Below, piece by piece: positions 49,237 to 60,105 of a DNA stretch of 64,000 nt (its first letter is position 1; each line of letters begins with the position of its first letter). Position numbers and translations under genes: made by a program. The DNA comes from Oligoflexia bacterium (lineage in GTDB: Bacteria > Bdellovibrionota > UBA1018). Below the pieces are notes generated by a model. It searched no databases, was not told the DNA's origin, and saw only the letters and a list, made by a program, of their open reading frames with translations. The DNA is taken from the NCBI GenBank assembly GCA_963758495.1, contig CAVWVI010000001.1, forward strand, positions 448,001 to 512,000. Reading direction: 5' to 3'.

Positions 49237-50240
49237 ATGCTGACTTCCCTTTATTTCCGATCCGAGCATCCACCATTGCGGCAAGTGTTGACACCCTCTT
49301 TCTGAGTATGTTTGGATTAGAAGTTTTCATATTAATTTTAATTTTTTGCGCTATTCTTTACTTTTGCATTAAATATCATTTCCATACTGTCACCGATCGG
49401 AGTCGGAGAAACTTCAGCCAAAGTTCCATTGAAATTACTTGGACTTTAGTTCCACTCGTGCTGCTTATTATTTTATTTTTCTGGTCTGGCCGTATTTATT
49501 TAAAAATGTACACTCCGCCAAAAAATTCTATGGAAATATTCGTACTGGGTAAACAGTGGATGTGGAAATTCTTGCAACCTAATGGACGGCGAGAAGCGGC
49601 TGAATTACATGTCCCGTTGGGTATACCTATTAAATTAACAATGACTTCGGAAGATGTCATTCACAGTCTTTTTGTTCCGGCTTTTCGGATTAAACAAGAC
49701 GTTCTTCCAGGACGATACACTTCGGTCTGGTTTCAAGCCAGCGTTGCAGGAGAATACCATCTCTTTTGTACGCAATACTGCGGCACCCAACACGCAGAAA
49801 TGGGCGCAGCCAAAATTATTGTTATGAAACCTGAAAAATACGAACAGTGGCTCAGCTCAGGGGACACTGCAGGCAACAGCTTCTCAAAAGTAGTATCACT
49901 GACTTCGGAAGGACGAGATCTATTCCAAAAATTAAGCTGTAATACCTGTCATTTTGATAATGTTGGAATCCGCGCACCTCGATTGGAAGGTCTCTACGGA
50001 AGCATCGTCACTCTAGAGGGAGGTAAAAACATCATTGCTGACGATACCTACATTCGTGAATCTATTCTTGAGCCTAATGTAAAAATTGTCCAGGGATTTC
50101 TACCCGTCATGCCCAGCTATAAAAACCTTGTGAATGAAGAACAACTTCTTGCGCTGACTGCTTATATTAAATCCATGCAATTCAGTGAAGGCCATAGTCG
50201 AAAGCTTCTTCTAGGAATACCGGCAAAGGAGTCACCATGA
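49233..50240 (+). CDS. coxB: Cytochrome c oxidase subunit II with fused cytochrome c (caa3 type)
   Basis: EITWT, QWMW, DVIHS, CuA motif [12 protein letters not shown] and C-terminal CNTCH. Confidence 0.95.
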   Translation: MNADFPLFPIRASTIAASVDTLFLSMFGLEVFILILIFCAILYFCIKYHFHTVTDRSRRNFSQSSIEITWTLVPLVLLIILFFWSGRIYLKMYTPPKNSMEIFVLGKQWMWKFLQPNGRREAAELHVPLGIPIKLTMTSEDVIHSLFVPAFRIKQDVLPGRYTSVWFQASVAGEYHLFCTQYCGTQHAEMGAAKIIVMKPEKYEQWLSSGDTAGNSFSKVVSLTSEGRDLFQKLSCNTCHFDNVGIRAPRLEGLYGSIVTLEGGKNIIADDTYIRESILEPNVKIVQGFLPVMPSYKNLVNEEQLLALTAYIKSMQFSEGHSRKLLLGIPAKESP

Positions 50241-51829
50241 ATTATCTCAATGCTGATCGTGGTATCATGTCTTGGCTACTCACAGTAGATCATAAGCGCA
50301 TTGGGATTCTCTATTTACTGAGCATTACGGGTTTCTTTGCTATAGGTGGAATCGCAGCTACTCTGATACGTCTCCATCTTCTTACGCCAACGGGGACTCT
50401 CTTTCAGGCCGAAACATATAATAAACTATTTAGTATTCATGGCATCACCATGGTCTGGTTTTTCTTGATTCCTTCTATTCCGAACGTCCTTGGAAATTTT
50501 CTAGTACCCATGATGATTGGAGCACGTGATGTAGCCTTTCCTCGTCTCAATTTGGCAAGCTGGTATCTCTATATGACCGGTGGATTTCTTGTCCTGCTAT
50601 CTATTATTACGGGAGGGGTTGACACGGGTTGGACTTTTTATACGCCCTATAGCACGTTGTATTCTAATTCCCATGTCATTTTAGCAATTTTCGGCGTATT
50701 TATCGCAGGATTCTCATCTATTCTAACCGGACTTAACTTTATTATCACTATAAATAAAATGAGAGCACCAGGTTTGACTTGGTTTCGTCTCCCTCTTTTT
50801 ATCTGGTCTATGTATGCCACGAGTATTATTTTAATTCTAGCCACGCCAGTTCTTGCCATCAATATCCTACTCATTACAGTAGAGAGGATATTTAAAATTG
50901 GAATATTTGACCCTGCATTAGGAGGAGATCCCGTACTTTTTCAGCATCTCTTCTGGTTTTATTCCCACCCAGCTGTTTACATCATGATTCTTCCTGGAAT
51001 GGGAGTAATTAGCGAACTTGTCCCTTGCTTTTCAAGAAATGAAATATTTGGTTATAAGTTTATTGCCTATTCGAGCTTCGGAATTGCTATTTTAGGCTTT
51101 TTAGTTTGGGGCCATCATATGTTTGTTGCCGGGCAATCTGCCTATGCAAGCCTCATATTTTCAATTCTAAGTTTCTTAGTCGCTATTCCTTCTGCAATCA
51201 AAGTATTTAATTGGACTGCTACACTTTATCGAGGAAGAATTATTCTCAAAACTCCGATGATTTATGCTTTAGGATTTGTCGGTTTGTTTACAATCGGAGG
51301 ACTCACAGGACTGACTCTCGCCGCTCTTGCAATTGACGTACATGTCCATGACACTTATTTTGTTATTGCCCATTTTCATTATATTATGGTGGGTGGAATG
51401 GTCACCGCCTATTTAGGAGGTATCCATTATTGGTGGCCAAAAATTTCCGGCAGAATGTATCCTGAAGGATTGGGGAAATTTGCAGCACTGGTTCTTTTTC
51501 TTGGCTTCAATCTCACTTTTTTTCCTCAATTTGTTTTGGGATATCTAGGAATGCCGCGTCGCTACCATTCTTATCCTCCTGAGTTTCAAGTTCTTCACGT
51601 TATGTCCACCTTGGGAGCTTCAATCCTAGCTGTAGGATATGTCTTGCCCATATTTTATCTTCTTTGGTCACTTAAGTATGGAAAAATCGCCTCAGGCAAT
51701 CCGTGGGACGCTACTGGTGTAGAATGGCAAACCTCATCACCCCCACCCAAACATAACTTTATCGAGATCCCAATCATCACTCATGGCCCCTATCTTTACT
51801 CTTCCTCTGAGGAGGTCCCTTATGATTGA
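50237..51829 (+). CDS. coxA: Cytochrome c oxidase subunit I (type A2)
   Basis: [20 protein letters not shown] (YS motif), VWGHH, AHFHY, GMPRRY. Confidence 0.97.
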   Translation: MNYLNADRGIMSWLLTVDHKRIGILYLLSITGFFAIGGIAATLIRLHLLTPTGTLFQAETYNKLFSIHGITMVWFFLIPSIPNVLGNFLVPMMIGARDVAFPRLNLASWYLYMTGGFLVLLSIITGGVDTGWTFYTPYSTLYSNSHVILAIFGVFIAGFSSILTGLNFIITINKMRAPGLTWFRLPLFIWSMYATSIILILATPVLAINILLITVERIFKIGIFDPALGGDPVLFQHLFWFYSHPAVYIMILPGMGVISELVPCFSRNEIFGYKFIAYSSFGIAILGFLVWGHHMFVAGQSAYASLIFSILSFLVAIPSAIKVFNWTATLYRGRIILKTPMIYALGFVGLFTIGGLTGLTLAALAIDVHVHDTYFVIAHFHYIMVGGMVTAYLGGIHYWWPKISGRMYPEGLGKFAALVLFLGFNLTFFPQFVLGYLGMPRRYHSYPPEFQVLHVMSTLGASILAVGYVLPIFYLLWSLKYGKIASGNPWDATGVEWQTSSPPPKHNFIEIPIITHGPYLYSSSEEVPYD

Positions 51830-52502
51830 CTTCGAAAGTACTCAAATTGCCAAGCCTTTTGAAAAGATTCATGTCGCGGAGCAGTTTGAAAATGCTGAGC
51901 AACAGAAATCTGTGGCTCAAATAGGCATGTGGACTTTCCTCTCAACAGAAGTTCTCTTTTTTGGCGGGCTTTTTGCGGTGTATATTATATACAGAGTCAT
52001 CTATCCTGAGGCTTTTGCAGAAGCGAGCCGTCATACCAAGCTCATCATTGGGGCAATTAATACAGCAGTCCTTCTCTCCAGTAGTCTCACTATGGCACTA
52101 GCCGTACACTACTCAAAGCTCGGCAAAAAACACCCTCTCGTGGTGTACTTAGTCTGTACCGCACTTTTTGGTGTTGTATTTATGGGGCTTAAGGGAATTG
52201 AATATTATCAAGATTATCAAGATCACGCTGTACCCTATTTCAATTATGCTCTTAAAATAGCCGATCCTGCGAGAGGAGAATTATTCTTTATTATCTATTT
52301 TGTCATGACCTTGATTCACGCTCTGCATCTCACAATTGGAATTGGACTTATCAGTTTTATAGCATTCCAAGCTTTGAAAAATAAATACTCGCCGAGTTAT
52401 CACACGCCGGTTGAGCTTACTGGGCTATATTGGCACTTTGTCGACATCATTTGGGTCTTTCTTTTTCCCCTACTCTATCTGATTGACAGGAGTCCATCAT
52501 GA
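51822..52502 (+). CDS. coxC: Cytochrome c oxidase subunit III
   Basis: [37 protein letters not shown]. Confidence 0.95.
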   Translation: MIDFESTQIAKPFEKIHVAEQFENAEQQKSVAQIGMWTFLSTEVLFFGGLFAVYIIYRVIYPEAFAEASRHTKLIIGAINTAVLLSSSLTMALAVHYSKLGKKHPLVVYLVCTALFGVVFMGLKGIEYYQDYQDHAVPYFNYALKIADPARGELFFIIYFVMTLIHALHLTIGIGLISFIAFQALKNKYSPSYHTPVELTGLYWHFVDIIWVFLFPLLYLIDRSPS

Positions 52503-52798
52503 AGGAACCCAAATTTGGAGTCAAAACTTTATTGGGAACTTACGTCCTATTAATGTTTTTATTGGTACTGACCATTGCAGTAGCCTTCATAAACCTGGGC
52601 CCATTCAATACTCCGATTAATATAGGAATTGCAGTTGTAAAAACAGTTTTTATTGCGCTCTTTTTTATGGAGTTGCTCATCGCTCGGGGCCTAGTGCGTA
52701 TCGCAGCCGGGGCAGGAGTCTACTGGCTAGCTATACTGATTGGGCTGAGTTTGATGGATTATCTAACTCGAAATTGGGCTTCTTTACCGGGTAAGTGA
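52499..52798 (+). CDS. Cytochrome c oxidase subunit IV (CtaF-like)
   Basis: Three TM helices, IAVVK..FFMEL, DYLTR. Confidence 0.85.
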   Translation: MKEPKFGVKTLLGTYVLLMFLLVLTIAVAFINLGPFNTPINIGIAVVKTVFIALFFMELLIARGLVRIAAGAGVYWLAILIGLSLMDYLTRNWASLPGK

Positions 52799-52802
52799 CT
52801 CA

Positions 52803-52872
52803 TCTGGCATTAACTCTCTGGTATTAACTCTCTGGTATTAACTCTCTGGCATTAACCCTCTGGTATTAACTC
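52803..52872. repeat. Tandem repeat, 5 x 14 bp (TCTGGYATTAACYC), spanning the argH stop codon
   Basis: Units start at 52803, 52817, 52831, 52845 and 52859. Confidence 0.95.
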
Positions 52873-54231
52873 TCGGGCTCGATTTATTTGCCGATCCACG
52901 GAATCAGGTCCAGTACCTCCCTCAGAAACTCGTGCTCGAACTGAAGCCTGTGGAGAGAGAACAGTCATGGCATCTGACTCAATTAATAAAGAGAACTCTC
53001 GAAGTTCCGATAGACTCAAACCCTCAAGAGTAGTGCCACTACAAATGCATGAGCGTACAATCTTGCCTACGATTTCGTGCGCTGCTCTAAATGTAAGACC
53101 TTTCCGAACCAAATAATCAGCCAGATCGGTAGCGGTAGAAAAATCACCTCGCATGGCTTCACTCATTTTTAAAGAATTGAATTTTGCTGTTTCCAACATA
53201 AGTCCCATCAAACGAATGCTGGATCGCACTGTATCAAGACCTTCAAAAAGAAATGTTTTATCCTCTTGAAGGTCGCGGTTATAAGAAAGCGGAAGAGCCT
53301 TCAACATCATCTGGGCACCTGTTAAAGCTCCAGCAACTCTCCCCGTCTTACCTCGAATGAGTTCCGCAACATCCGGATTTTTTTTCTGGGGCATAATACT
53401 GCTCCCTGTGGTCACACTGTCATCCAGTTCCACAAATCCGAACTCAGGAGAACTCCACAGAACCAGCTCTTCTGCAAATCGAGAAAGGTGAAGCATCATT
53501 AAAGAAGCAGCAGCAAGAAATTCAATGACAAAATCACGATCAGAAACGGCATCCAAACTATTCTCAGTCACCGAATCAAATCCCAATTCTTTGCGAGTCA
53601 TCTCTCTATCAATTAAAAAAGGTGTCCCTGCCAGAGCAGCAGAGCCCAGAGGAAGAAAACTAGTCCGTTTTCTGCAATCACTTAATCTTTCATAATCACG
53701 CTGAAGCATCCAAAAATACGCTAAAAGATGATGTGAAAAGCTCACAGGCTGAGCATGCTGAAAATGAGTCAATCCAGGAAGTAAAGTCTCGCGATAAATT
53801 TCCGCTGCATTCACGAGCCACAACTGAAGCGCACGAACCTCCTTTTGCAATTGATCAATTTGATCTTTTAAATAATACCGAGTTGCAGTCGCTACTTGAT
53901 CGTTTCGACTTCGAGCCGTATGAAGCTTACCTGCCACCAACCCAATCTTTTCCGATAAAAGCCGCTCAATCTCAGAGTGAATGTCTTCAGCATCTGGACG
54001 AAATTGAACTTTCCCTGAAGCAATCTCTGAACGTACATCCTCTAAACCCGCTATGATTTGATGACTGTCCCGTGCATCGAGAATTCCACATTTTCCTAGC
54101 ATCCGAGCATGAGCCATGCTTCCAGCCAAATCCGCTTCCCACAGTCTGGAATCCACTGCGAGAGAAGATGTAAATTCTTCAACAGCCTTAGCTGTCTGTT
54201 CTTTGAATCGACCGCCCCAAAGTTTGTTCAT
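52852..54231 (-). CDS. argH: Argininosuccinate lyase
   Basis: MNKLWGGRF, EDIH, HTARSRNDQ, TGSSIMPQKKNPD, YNRDLQEDK. Confidence 0.97.
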   Translation of the reverse strand: MNKLWGGRFKEQTAKAVEEFTSSLAVDSRLWEADLAGSMAHARMLGKCGILDARDSHQIIAGLEDVRSEIASGKVQFRPDAEDIHSEIERLLSEKIGLVAGKLHTARSRNDQVATATRYYLKDQIDQLQKEVRALQLWLVNAAEIYRETLLPGLTHFQHAQPVSFSHHLLAYFWMLQRDYERLSDCRKRTSFLPLGSAALAGTPFLIDREMTRKELGFDSVTENSLDAVSDRDFVIEFLAAASLMMLHLSRFAEELVLWSSPEFGFVELDDSVTTGSSIMPQKKNPDVAELIRGKTGRVAGALTGAQMMLKALPLSYNRDLQEDKTFLFEGLDTVRSSIRLMGLMLETAKFNSLKMSEAMRGDFSTATDLADYLVRKGLTFRAAHEIVGKIVRSCICSGTTLEGLSLSELREFSLLIESDAMTVLSPQASVRARVSEGGTGPDSVDRQINRARELIPEG

Positions 54232-54235
54232 TTCT

Positions 54236-55429
54236 TCACTGATTCCTTTGTTTGAGATGATAATACATACGCGCTTGCAAACCAAAATTCTTGACGGTTC
54301 CCGTACTTTCCCTCTGATCAAAAGTTGTCGTATCAAAAGATGCTAAATCTTCAGAGTAGAGAGCCCACTGACTAGATCGACCGATCACTTGAAGAGCACC
54401 TTTATAAAGACGAAGAGAAACCCAGCCCGTAACTCTTTCCTGTGTCTTATGAATGAATGCTTCAAGATCTTCTTTAAATGGATCAAACCAGAGCCCCTCA
54501 TAGGCGAGCTTACTCCACTCAGCGTCTACCAGACTTTTAAAACGAAGTTCCTCACGAGTTAATACCAGTGCTTCAAGTGCACGATGCGCAGTCAGGATCA
54601 AAGTAGAACCGGGACATTCATAATTTTCTCTCACTTTCAATCCCAGCATACGGTCTTCCATAATATCAATTCGACCTACTCCGTGTTCACCTGCAATTCG
54701 GTTTGCCTGAGAAATAAGAGTTGCCGGTGATGACCGCTCACCATTGATTGCGACTGGCACTCCATTTTCAAAGCTGAGCTTAATCTCTGTGGGCTTATCC
54801 GGGGAAAGCTGTGAATCTCTCGTCCATTCAAAGATCTCACTCGGAGGTGCATAAGAGGGCTCCTCTAATCGTCCACCTTCGATAGAGCGACCCCAAAGAT
54901 TTTCATCGACACTCCAGATTTTTTCTAAGCTCTGCTTAATGGGTATACCCTTGCTCATTGCGTAATCAATCTCCCAGCTCCGAGTCATGTTTCGCTCCCG
55001 GACAGGCGCATGAATCGTTGCTCCAGGCATCAACGCCCGAATTGCAAATTCAATTCGAAACTGATCATTGCCCTTTCCAGTACAACCATGTGCAAATGCA
55101 TTTGCACCGATTCGAGTAGCTACATCGACCGCCTTTGCAGCGATCAATGGGCGGGCAATAGAAGTGCTGATAGGATATCCCTCATAGTTTCCGTTCGCAC
55201 GAACCGAAGCGAAACAATAGTCACGAGCAAATTCTTCTTTTGCATCCACAGTATAATGCTCAGTACCCATTGCCTGGGCTTTCTCAGCGGCCTCACGAAT
55301 ATCATGAGAAGGCTGACCCACATCAATGGTGACCGTGACAATACGACTATATCCATACTCTTCACGCATTAGGGGAATGCAAACAGATGTATCCAAACCT
55401 CCAGAATAAATCAGAACTATCGTTTTCAT
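54236..55429 (-). CDS. argG: Argininosuccinate synthase
   Basis: YSGGLDTS, ARPLIA, HGCTGKGNDQ, SVDENLWGRSIE. Confidence 0.97.
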   Translation of the reverse strand: MKTIVLIYSGGLDTSVCIPLMREEYGYSRIVTVTIDVGQPSHDIREAAEKAQAMGTEHYTVDAKEEFARDYCFASVRANGNYEGYPISTSIARPLIAAKAVDVATRIGANAFAHGCTGKGNDQFRIEFAIRALMPGATIHAPVRERNMTRSWEIDYAMSKGIPIKQSLEKIWSVDENLWGRSIEGGRLEEPSYAPPSEIFEWTRDSQLSPDKPTEIKLSFENGVPVAINGERSSPATLISQANRIAGEHGVGRIDIMEDRMLGLKVRENYECPGSTLILTAHRALEALVLTREELRFKSLVDAEWSKLAYEGLWFDPFKEDLEAFIHKTQERVTGWVSLRLYKGALQVIGRSSQWALYSEDLASFDTTTFDQRESTGTVKNFGLQARMYYHLKQRNQ

Positions 55430-55445
55430 TATTTATTTTGCTCCT

Positions 55446-55550
55446 TACCTTTGCATATATATGCAAAGGTATAATTAAATCAATGTATTTTTGGGTTGAC
55501 TTCAGCGTAAATATGCATATTAATGCATTAGAGATGCATATTTATGAACA
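55446..55550. promoter_or_regulatory. Three ArgR-type ARG boxes in the divergent argG/argC promoter
   Basis: TGCAT-N4-ATGCA cores at 55452 (inside a perfect 26-bp palindrome), 55514 and 55535 (the last ends ATGAA). The last two are 21 bp apart, the classic tandem spacing. TTGACT -35 at 55496. Confidence 0.85.
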
Positions 55551-56625
55551 CAAAAAACAACCAGCTGCCGAGGCAAAAATACCTATCGCCATTATTGGCG
55601 CACGCGGTTACTCGGGTCTTGAGCTTGTCAGAATTTTATTAAAACATCCTGGAGTCAAAATTGAAGCCTGTGTTGCAACTGATTCTGATTTTTGTCTGTC
55701 CCATTGGCTTCCTGAACAAACAGCAGAGACAATCCCTGTAACCTCAATCCATCATCTAGAACAAGTCTTAAATAAAGTTCATACCGTATTCCTAGCTACT
55801 CCGGCTGAAGCCTCTATTGAACTTGCTCCCAGAATTCTAAAATCCGGCGTAAGTGTAATCGACCTAAGCGGAGCATTTCGCCTTGAAGCTGAAAATGCAC
55901 AACAGTATTATGGAATTCGAGGTGATGCTCTTTCGATTTTGCCACACGCTGAATACGGATTGATTCCTTGGATTGGCCCCGCCAAAAATCGAGAGAATCA
56001 ACCGAGCCTCATTGCAAACCCAGGTTGCTATGCCACTTCCATTCTCATGGCTATCCTTCCTTTGCTTAAAGAAAACATCATCAATACCGCGTCACTTGTG
56101 ATTGATTCGAAATCAGGCACGACGGGTGCAGGTCGCAAAGCGACTGAAAATCTTTTATTTAGTGAGGTTGATGGTGAATGCATCCCCTATAGAATTGGAA
56201 CCCATCAGCATTTTCCTGAAATCGTGCAATATGCATCTCACTTTGCTTCCATTGATATTGACCCTCTGTTTTCCACTCACTTATTAGGGGCCCGTAGAGG
56301 AATTATTTCTGGAATTTATGCTCGAACTCTCAACAACATGTCAATCCATAGAATAGAAACAGCTTACTCTGCATTCTACTCAAATTATCCTTTAGTCCGA
56401 TGGGGAAGAATTAACCCAAATCAGCCAAGAGCATTATCTTTGAAGAGAGTCGTAGGAAGCGCAAGAACTGAAATCCAATTTGAACTCAAAGGCAACCAAC
56501 TTTACATTTTTTCTCTCATTGATAATCTAATTAAAGGCGCTGCCGGTCAAGCCATTGAGAATTTCAATCGAATCTATGACTTTCCAATTACAACATCACT
56601 ACTTGAACTCGAGGGCGTATTATGA
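55534..56625 (+). CDS. argC: N-acetyl-gamma-glutamyl-phosphate reductase
   Basis: IIGARGYSG, IDLSGAFRL, ANPGCYAT, SGTTGAGR, DNLIKGAAGQA. Start position uncertain. Confidence 0.95.
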   Translation: MHIYEHKKQPAAEAKIPIAIIGARGYSGLELVRILLKHPGVKIEACVATDSDFCLSHWLPEQTAETIPVTSIHHLEQVLNKVHTVFLATPAEASIELAPRILKSGVSVIDLSGAFRLEAENAQQYYGIRGDALSILPHAEYGLIPWIGPAKNRENQPSLIANPGCYATSILMAILPLLKENIINTASLVIDSKSGTTGAGRKATENLLFSEVDGECIPYRIGTHQHFPEIVQYASHFASIDIDPLFSTHLLGARRGIISGIYARTLNNMSIHRIETAYSAFYSNYPLVRWGRINPNQPRALSLKRVVGSARTEIQFELKGNQLYIFSLIDNLIKGAAGQAIENFNRIYDFPITTSLLELEGVL

Positions 56626-57821
56626 CTCCTGGACCTGGAATAGCAAGAACACCACTCCCTAAGGGCTTTTCAGCGGCAGCAATTCATTGTGGAGTTCGTA
56701 AGTATCGCCCGGATTTAGGAATGATTATTTCTGAACAAGACTGCGTTGCCGCTGGTACCTTTACTCAAAACGAATGCCAAGCGGCCTCAGTTCTTTACTC
56801 AAAGGGAATACTACCCAGCTCACATATTCGCTCTGTAATAACCAATAGCGGACAAGCAAATGCTGCCACCGGAAAACTCGGGAAAATCAATAACTGGAAA
56901 ATGGCTCTTGCGGCAGCTCGAACGATTGGATGCTTACCTCATCAAGTGCTCACAGCATCCACGGGAGTCATAGGCGTTCAGATGGAAATAGAAAAGATTG
57001 AAAAGGGAATTCTCCATCTTCCCGATAGAATCGCATACAACTCTGAATTATTCGCTCTTGCCATTATGACGACAGACCTAGTTCCAAAGACTGTCACGAC
57101 CACTGTATTACTCAGCGAAGGAGAAGTCAGAATCACTGGAATCTGCAAAGGTTCTGGAATGATCCATCCAAACATGGCAACGATGTTAGGTTACCTTCTC
57201 ACTGATGCTCAGGTGCCACTTGAAATGGCCCAGCCTTTACTCTCAGAAGCAACTCAGTTGAGTTTCAATATGATCAGTGTTGATGGAGATACCTCTACAA
57301 ATGATTCAGTTTTTTTATTAGCCAATGGCATGAGTGGAGTTACCCTCAGCACCCAAGAGGATATCAAAAAGTTTCAAAAAGCCCTCAACGAAGTAGCGCA
57401 ACTCCTTGCTCAGGCAATTGCAAGAGATGGAGAGGGAGCAACAAAATTGATCGAAGTACAACTCACGGGTGCTCCTTCCGACGAACTCGCCCGTAGAGCT
57501 GCACGTGGATTAATACTCAGTCCATTAATCAAGGCAGCAATTCATGGAGAAGATCCAAATTGGGGGCGAATCCTTGCACGATTAGGTGCGGAACAGATTC
57601 CCTCGACTTGTCTGGAGTCCTTAAATTTAGCGATTCAAGAAGTTCGTGTATTTGAAGAAGGACAACCTATTAATTTTGATCGAAGTATCGTTCGAAATCT
57701 TCTTAAAGACGATACCGTCCGAATTCAAATTGATCTCAATTCAGGATTATTTAATGCTAAGGCTTGGGGTTGTGATTTGTCGAAAAGATACGTGGAAATC
57801 AACGCAGAGTATTCAACGTGA
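56622..57821 (+). CDS. argJ: Bifunctional ornithine acetyltransferase/N-acetylglutamate synthase
   Basis: NSGQANA, STGVIG, IMTTD, KGSGMIHPNMATML, DGDTSTND, DGEGATK. Confidence 0.97.
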   Translation: MTPGPGIARTPLPKGFSAAAIHCGVRKYRPDLGMIISEQDCVAAGTFTQNECQAASVLYSKGILPSSHIRSVITNSGQANAATGKLGKINNWKMALAAARTIGCLPHQVLTASTGVIGVQMEIEKIEKGILHLPDRIAYNSELFALAIMTTDLVPKTVTTTVLLSEGEVRITGICKGSGMIHPNMATMLGYLLTDAQVPLEMAQPLLSEATQLSFNMISVDGDTSTNDSVFLLANGMSGVTLSTQEDIKKFQKALNEVAQLLAQAIARDGEGATKLIEVQLTGAPSDELARRAARGLILSPLIKAAIHGEDPNWGRILARLGAEQIPSTCLESLNLAIQEVRVFEEGQPINFDRSIVRNLLKDDTVRIQIDLNSGLFNAKAWGCDLSKRYVEINAEYST

Positions 57822-58594
57822 ATAAAAGAATCCTTATCAAACTCGGTGGAGCTGCCCTTGAAAACTCAGACTGGGTCACTTCTATTTGCAAAGAACTTGT
57901 TCGTATCCGTTCTATGGGAATTTCTGTTGTCGTCGTTCACGGCGGAGGACCTGCAATCAATCAGGAGCTTAAGCGTCGGGGGATTCAATGGCAATTCATC
58001 GACGGCCAACGAGTCACCACACCTGATATGATGGAAGTCATTGAAATGGTCTTATGTGGTTCAGTCAATCGCAAAATTGTTCGTATTTTGAACGGGATGG
58101 GAATGCCCGCTATTGGATTTTCTGGTATTGACGGCAAAACTCTCTTATGCAAACAAGCGGATCCACGGTTAGGTCAAGTAGGTACGATCGAGCAAGTCGA
58201 TCCAAAAACGATTCTCTCTATCCTTGAAAGAGACAAAAAATCTGAAAAGGGAATCATTCCAATCATTGCTCCTATTGGAATCGGGAAAAACGGTGAATCT
58301 TACAATATTAATGCGGACTGGGCAGCAACCTGGATTGCCCAGGCTCTCAAAATAAAGACTCTGATTTTTCTGACTGATCAAGATGGCATACTCGATACGA
58401 ATAGAAAGCCCATTTCAAATGTTGATTTAAATGGACTGCAAAAGCTCATTAAAACAGAAACCGTGACTGGAGGAATGCTGACCAAGACCCGCGCCGTCCT
58501 TCACTCACTCAAAAATAATACAAAGGAAGTTTATATATTAAACTCCCACAGACCTTTTCCTTGGAAAGGCCAAGGAACATTTTGTCGGCCTTAA
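57818..58594 (+). CDS. argB: Acetylglutamate kinase
   Basis: IKLGG, VVHGGGP, GQRVT, YNINAD, TGGM; GTGA overlap with argJ. Confidence 0.95.
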   Translation: MNKRILIKLGGAALENSDWVTSICKELVRIRSMGISVVVVHGGGPAINQELKRRGIQWQFIDGQRVTTPDMMEVIEMVLCGSVNRKIVRILNGMGMPAIGFSGIDGKTLLCKQADPRLGQVGTIEQVDPKTILSILERDKKSEKGIIPIIAPIGIGKNGESYNINADWAATWIAQALKIKTLIFLTDQDGILDTNRKPISNVDLNGLQKLIKTETVTGGMLTKTRAVLHSLKNNTKEVYILNSHRPFPWKGQGTFCRP

Positions 58595-58637
58595 ATAAAA
58601 ACTCCATTATCTTTCCGTCATCCTTAGGGAAAAAGTT

Positions 58638-59570
58638 ATGATCAAATTCAACACTAGCCATCTACTTACTGGAGAAGAACTCAATTTAGATGAATTATTG
58701 GACCTTTTAGATTGCGCAGAGAAGCTCAATCATGAAAGACACCAAGGAATGATCCGAACGGATCTTGTCGGAAAAACACTCACCCTTTTATTCGAAAAAC
58801 CATCTTTAAGAACACGCGTCAGTTTTACAGTCGCCATGAGAGAATTAGGAGGAGATATCGTAGAATGCCTCGCCTCCTCCCGCAAGCATGAAGAACCCGA
58901 AGATGTAGTACAAGTCCTAGGTGGTTATACTCATGCCATTATGTTACGAACCCACGAACATTCTAATTTAATACGTATGGCAAATAAGTCATCTATTCCT
59001 GTGATCAATGGTCTATCAGACTCTCATCACCCGTGTCAGATATTTGCAGACCTTCTTACATTAAAACAGCATTTTGAGAAACTAGAAGGCTTGACAGTAA
59101 CCTATGTCGGAGATGGAAATAATATTTTACATAGCCTTATGCTTTTGATGCCCATTCTAGGTATTCATCTCCGCTACTCATGTCCAAATAATTACATGCC
59201 CGACCCCTTGATTGTCAAAAACGCTATAGATCGGATTAAACTTATAAAGGTGAAAGGCTCCATCTCTTCGTTTTCTGATCCAAGGAGCGCTGTTCAAGGT
59301 GCAATAGCAGTTTATACAGATGTTTGGACCAGCATGGGCTTTGAAGAAGAACAGACGGACCGGGAAGAAGCTTTCAAAAACTACCAAGTAAACGAAGAAC
59401 TACTTTCTCACGCGCAGCAGGGCGCATTGGTCATGCATTGTATGCCCATGATTAAAGGCAAAGAAATTTCAGCAACCCTCGCTGAGCACCCTAAAGCCGT
59501 CTTTTTTAAACAGAGTGAGAATAGACTTCATGTCCAAAAAGCACTTCTTTTAGCTCTATTAAAGCATTAA
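58638..59570 (+). CDS. argF: Ornithine carbamoyltransferase
   Basis: FEKPSLRT, HPCQ, GDGNN, DVWTSMG, HCMP, ENRLH. Confidence 0.94.
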   Translation: MIKFNTSHLLTGEELNLDELLDLLDCAEKLNHERHQGMIRTDLVGKTLTLLFEKPSLRTRVSFTVAMRELGGDIVECLASSRKHEEPEDVVQVLGGYTHAIMLRTHEHSNLIRMANKSSIPVINGLSDSHHPCQIFADLLTLKQHFEKLEGLTVTYVGDGNNILHSLMLLMPILGIHLRYSCPNNYMPDPLIVKNAIDRIKLIKVKGSISSFSDPRSAVQGAIAVYTDVWTSMGFEEEQTDREEAFKNYQVNEELLSHAQQGALVMHCMPMIKGKEISATLAEHPKAVFFKQSENRLHVQKALLLALLKH

Positions 59571-59794
59571 CCTTTTTCTTGATTTTCGTCTTCTCGCTTA
59601 ATAAGAATTGATCTTCGCTTTTGCAAAAGACCCTTAACTCTCTCTAAAGATTCATAAGCCTTAGTCAATTGCCCAACCTCTTCCAATGGAGCATCAGGTC
59701 GGGCTTTAAGACTCTCTATAACCGAATCCGTCAAAAAAAAAGCCGTCCCAAGAGCGCCTGCCAAGTCGTGAAGAAATTCTCTTTCATCGTTCAT
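59567..59794 (-). CDS. Small protein with an H-box-like (HisKA/DHp) helix
   Basis: REFLHDLAGALG followed by a second helix; AGAAAGG RBS-like sequence upstream. Confidence 0.6.
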   Translation of the reverse strand: MNDEREFLHDLAGALGTAFFLTDSVIESLKARPDAPLEEVGQLTKAYESLERVKGLLQKRRSILIKREDENQEKG

Positions 59795-60002
59795 TGAAAA
59801 ACCTTTCTTATACAAACATAGCACATCGCATTAATAACTTACTGTTTTTTTAATTTACAGGAAGGTATATGAGCTTTCTGCCCGAATCTTTAAACCAAAG
59901 TTTCTTAAGAAAAATCCTAGCAAGCCATTTGATTTGAGTCAAAGCAAGATTCCTACTTTCATAGTTGCTTAAATGAAATCTCACCTTATGCTTTTAATTA
60001 TT

Positions 60003-60103
60003 GTAAGTAGCTCCTTTAAGACTGTTGACAAGTATTGTAAGGAGTCCTGTTGCGCCGTAAAGATTTGGATTCCCGGCGCAACAGGACTCCTTACAGTGCT
60101 TAC
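60003..60103 (+). mobile_element. Copy A (full length, 101 bp) of the GTAAG...CTTAC palindromic element, with a 7-bp flanking direct repeat
   Basis: 28-bp stem 60030-60057 / 60074-60101 with two G-T pairs. AATTATT at 59996-60002 and 60104-60110. Confidence 0.87.
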
Positions 60104-60105
60104 AA

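Noticed and set aside
52803..52872. Possible CRISPR array
   Set aside because: 14-bp head-to-tail units with no spacers, and no cas genes in the window.
55387..55533. Long N-terminal extensions in the ORF track (argC, argH, AI-2E, actF, 18019-20001, 22395-23729)
   Set aside because: They overlap neighbouring genes or promoters; downstream starts fit family N-termini or signal peptides better.
58638..59570. SLRT motif suggesting an acetyl- or succinyl-ornithine transcarbamylase
   Set aside because: The DVWTSMG ornithine-binding loop is intact and argJ is present, consistent with an ordinary OTC.
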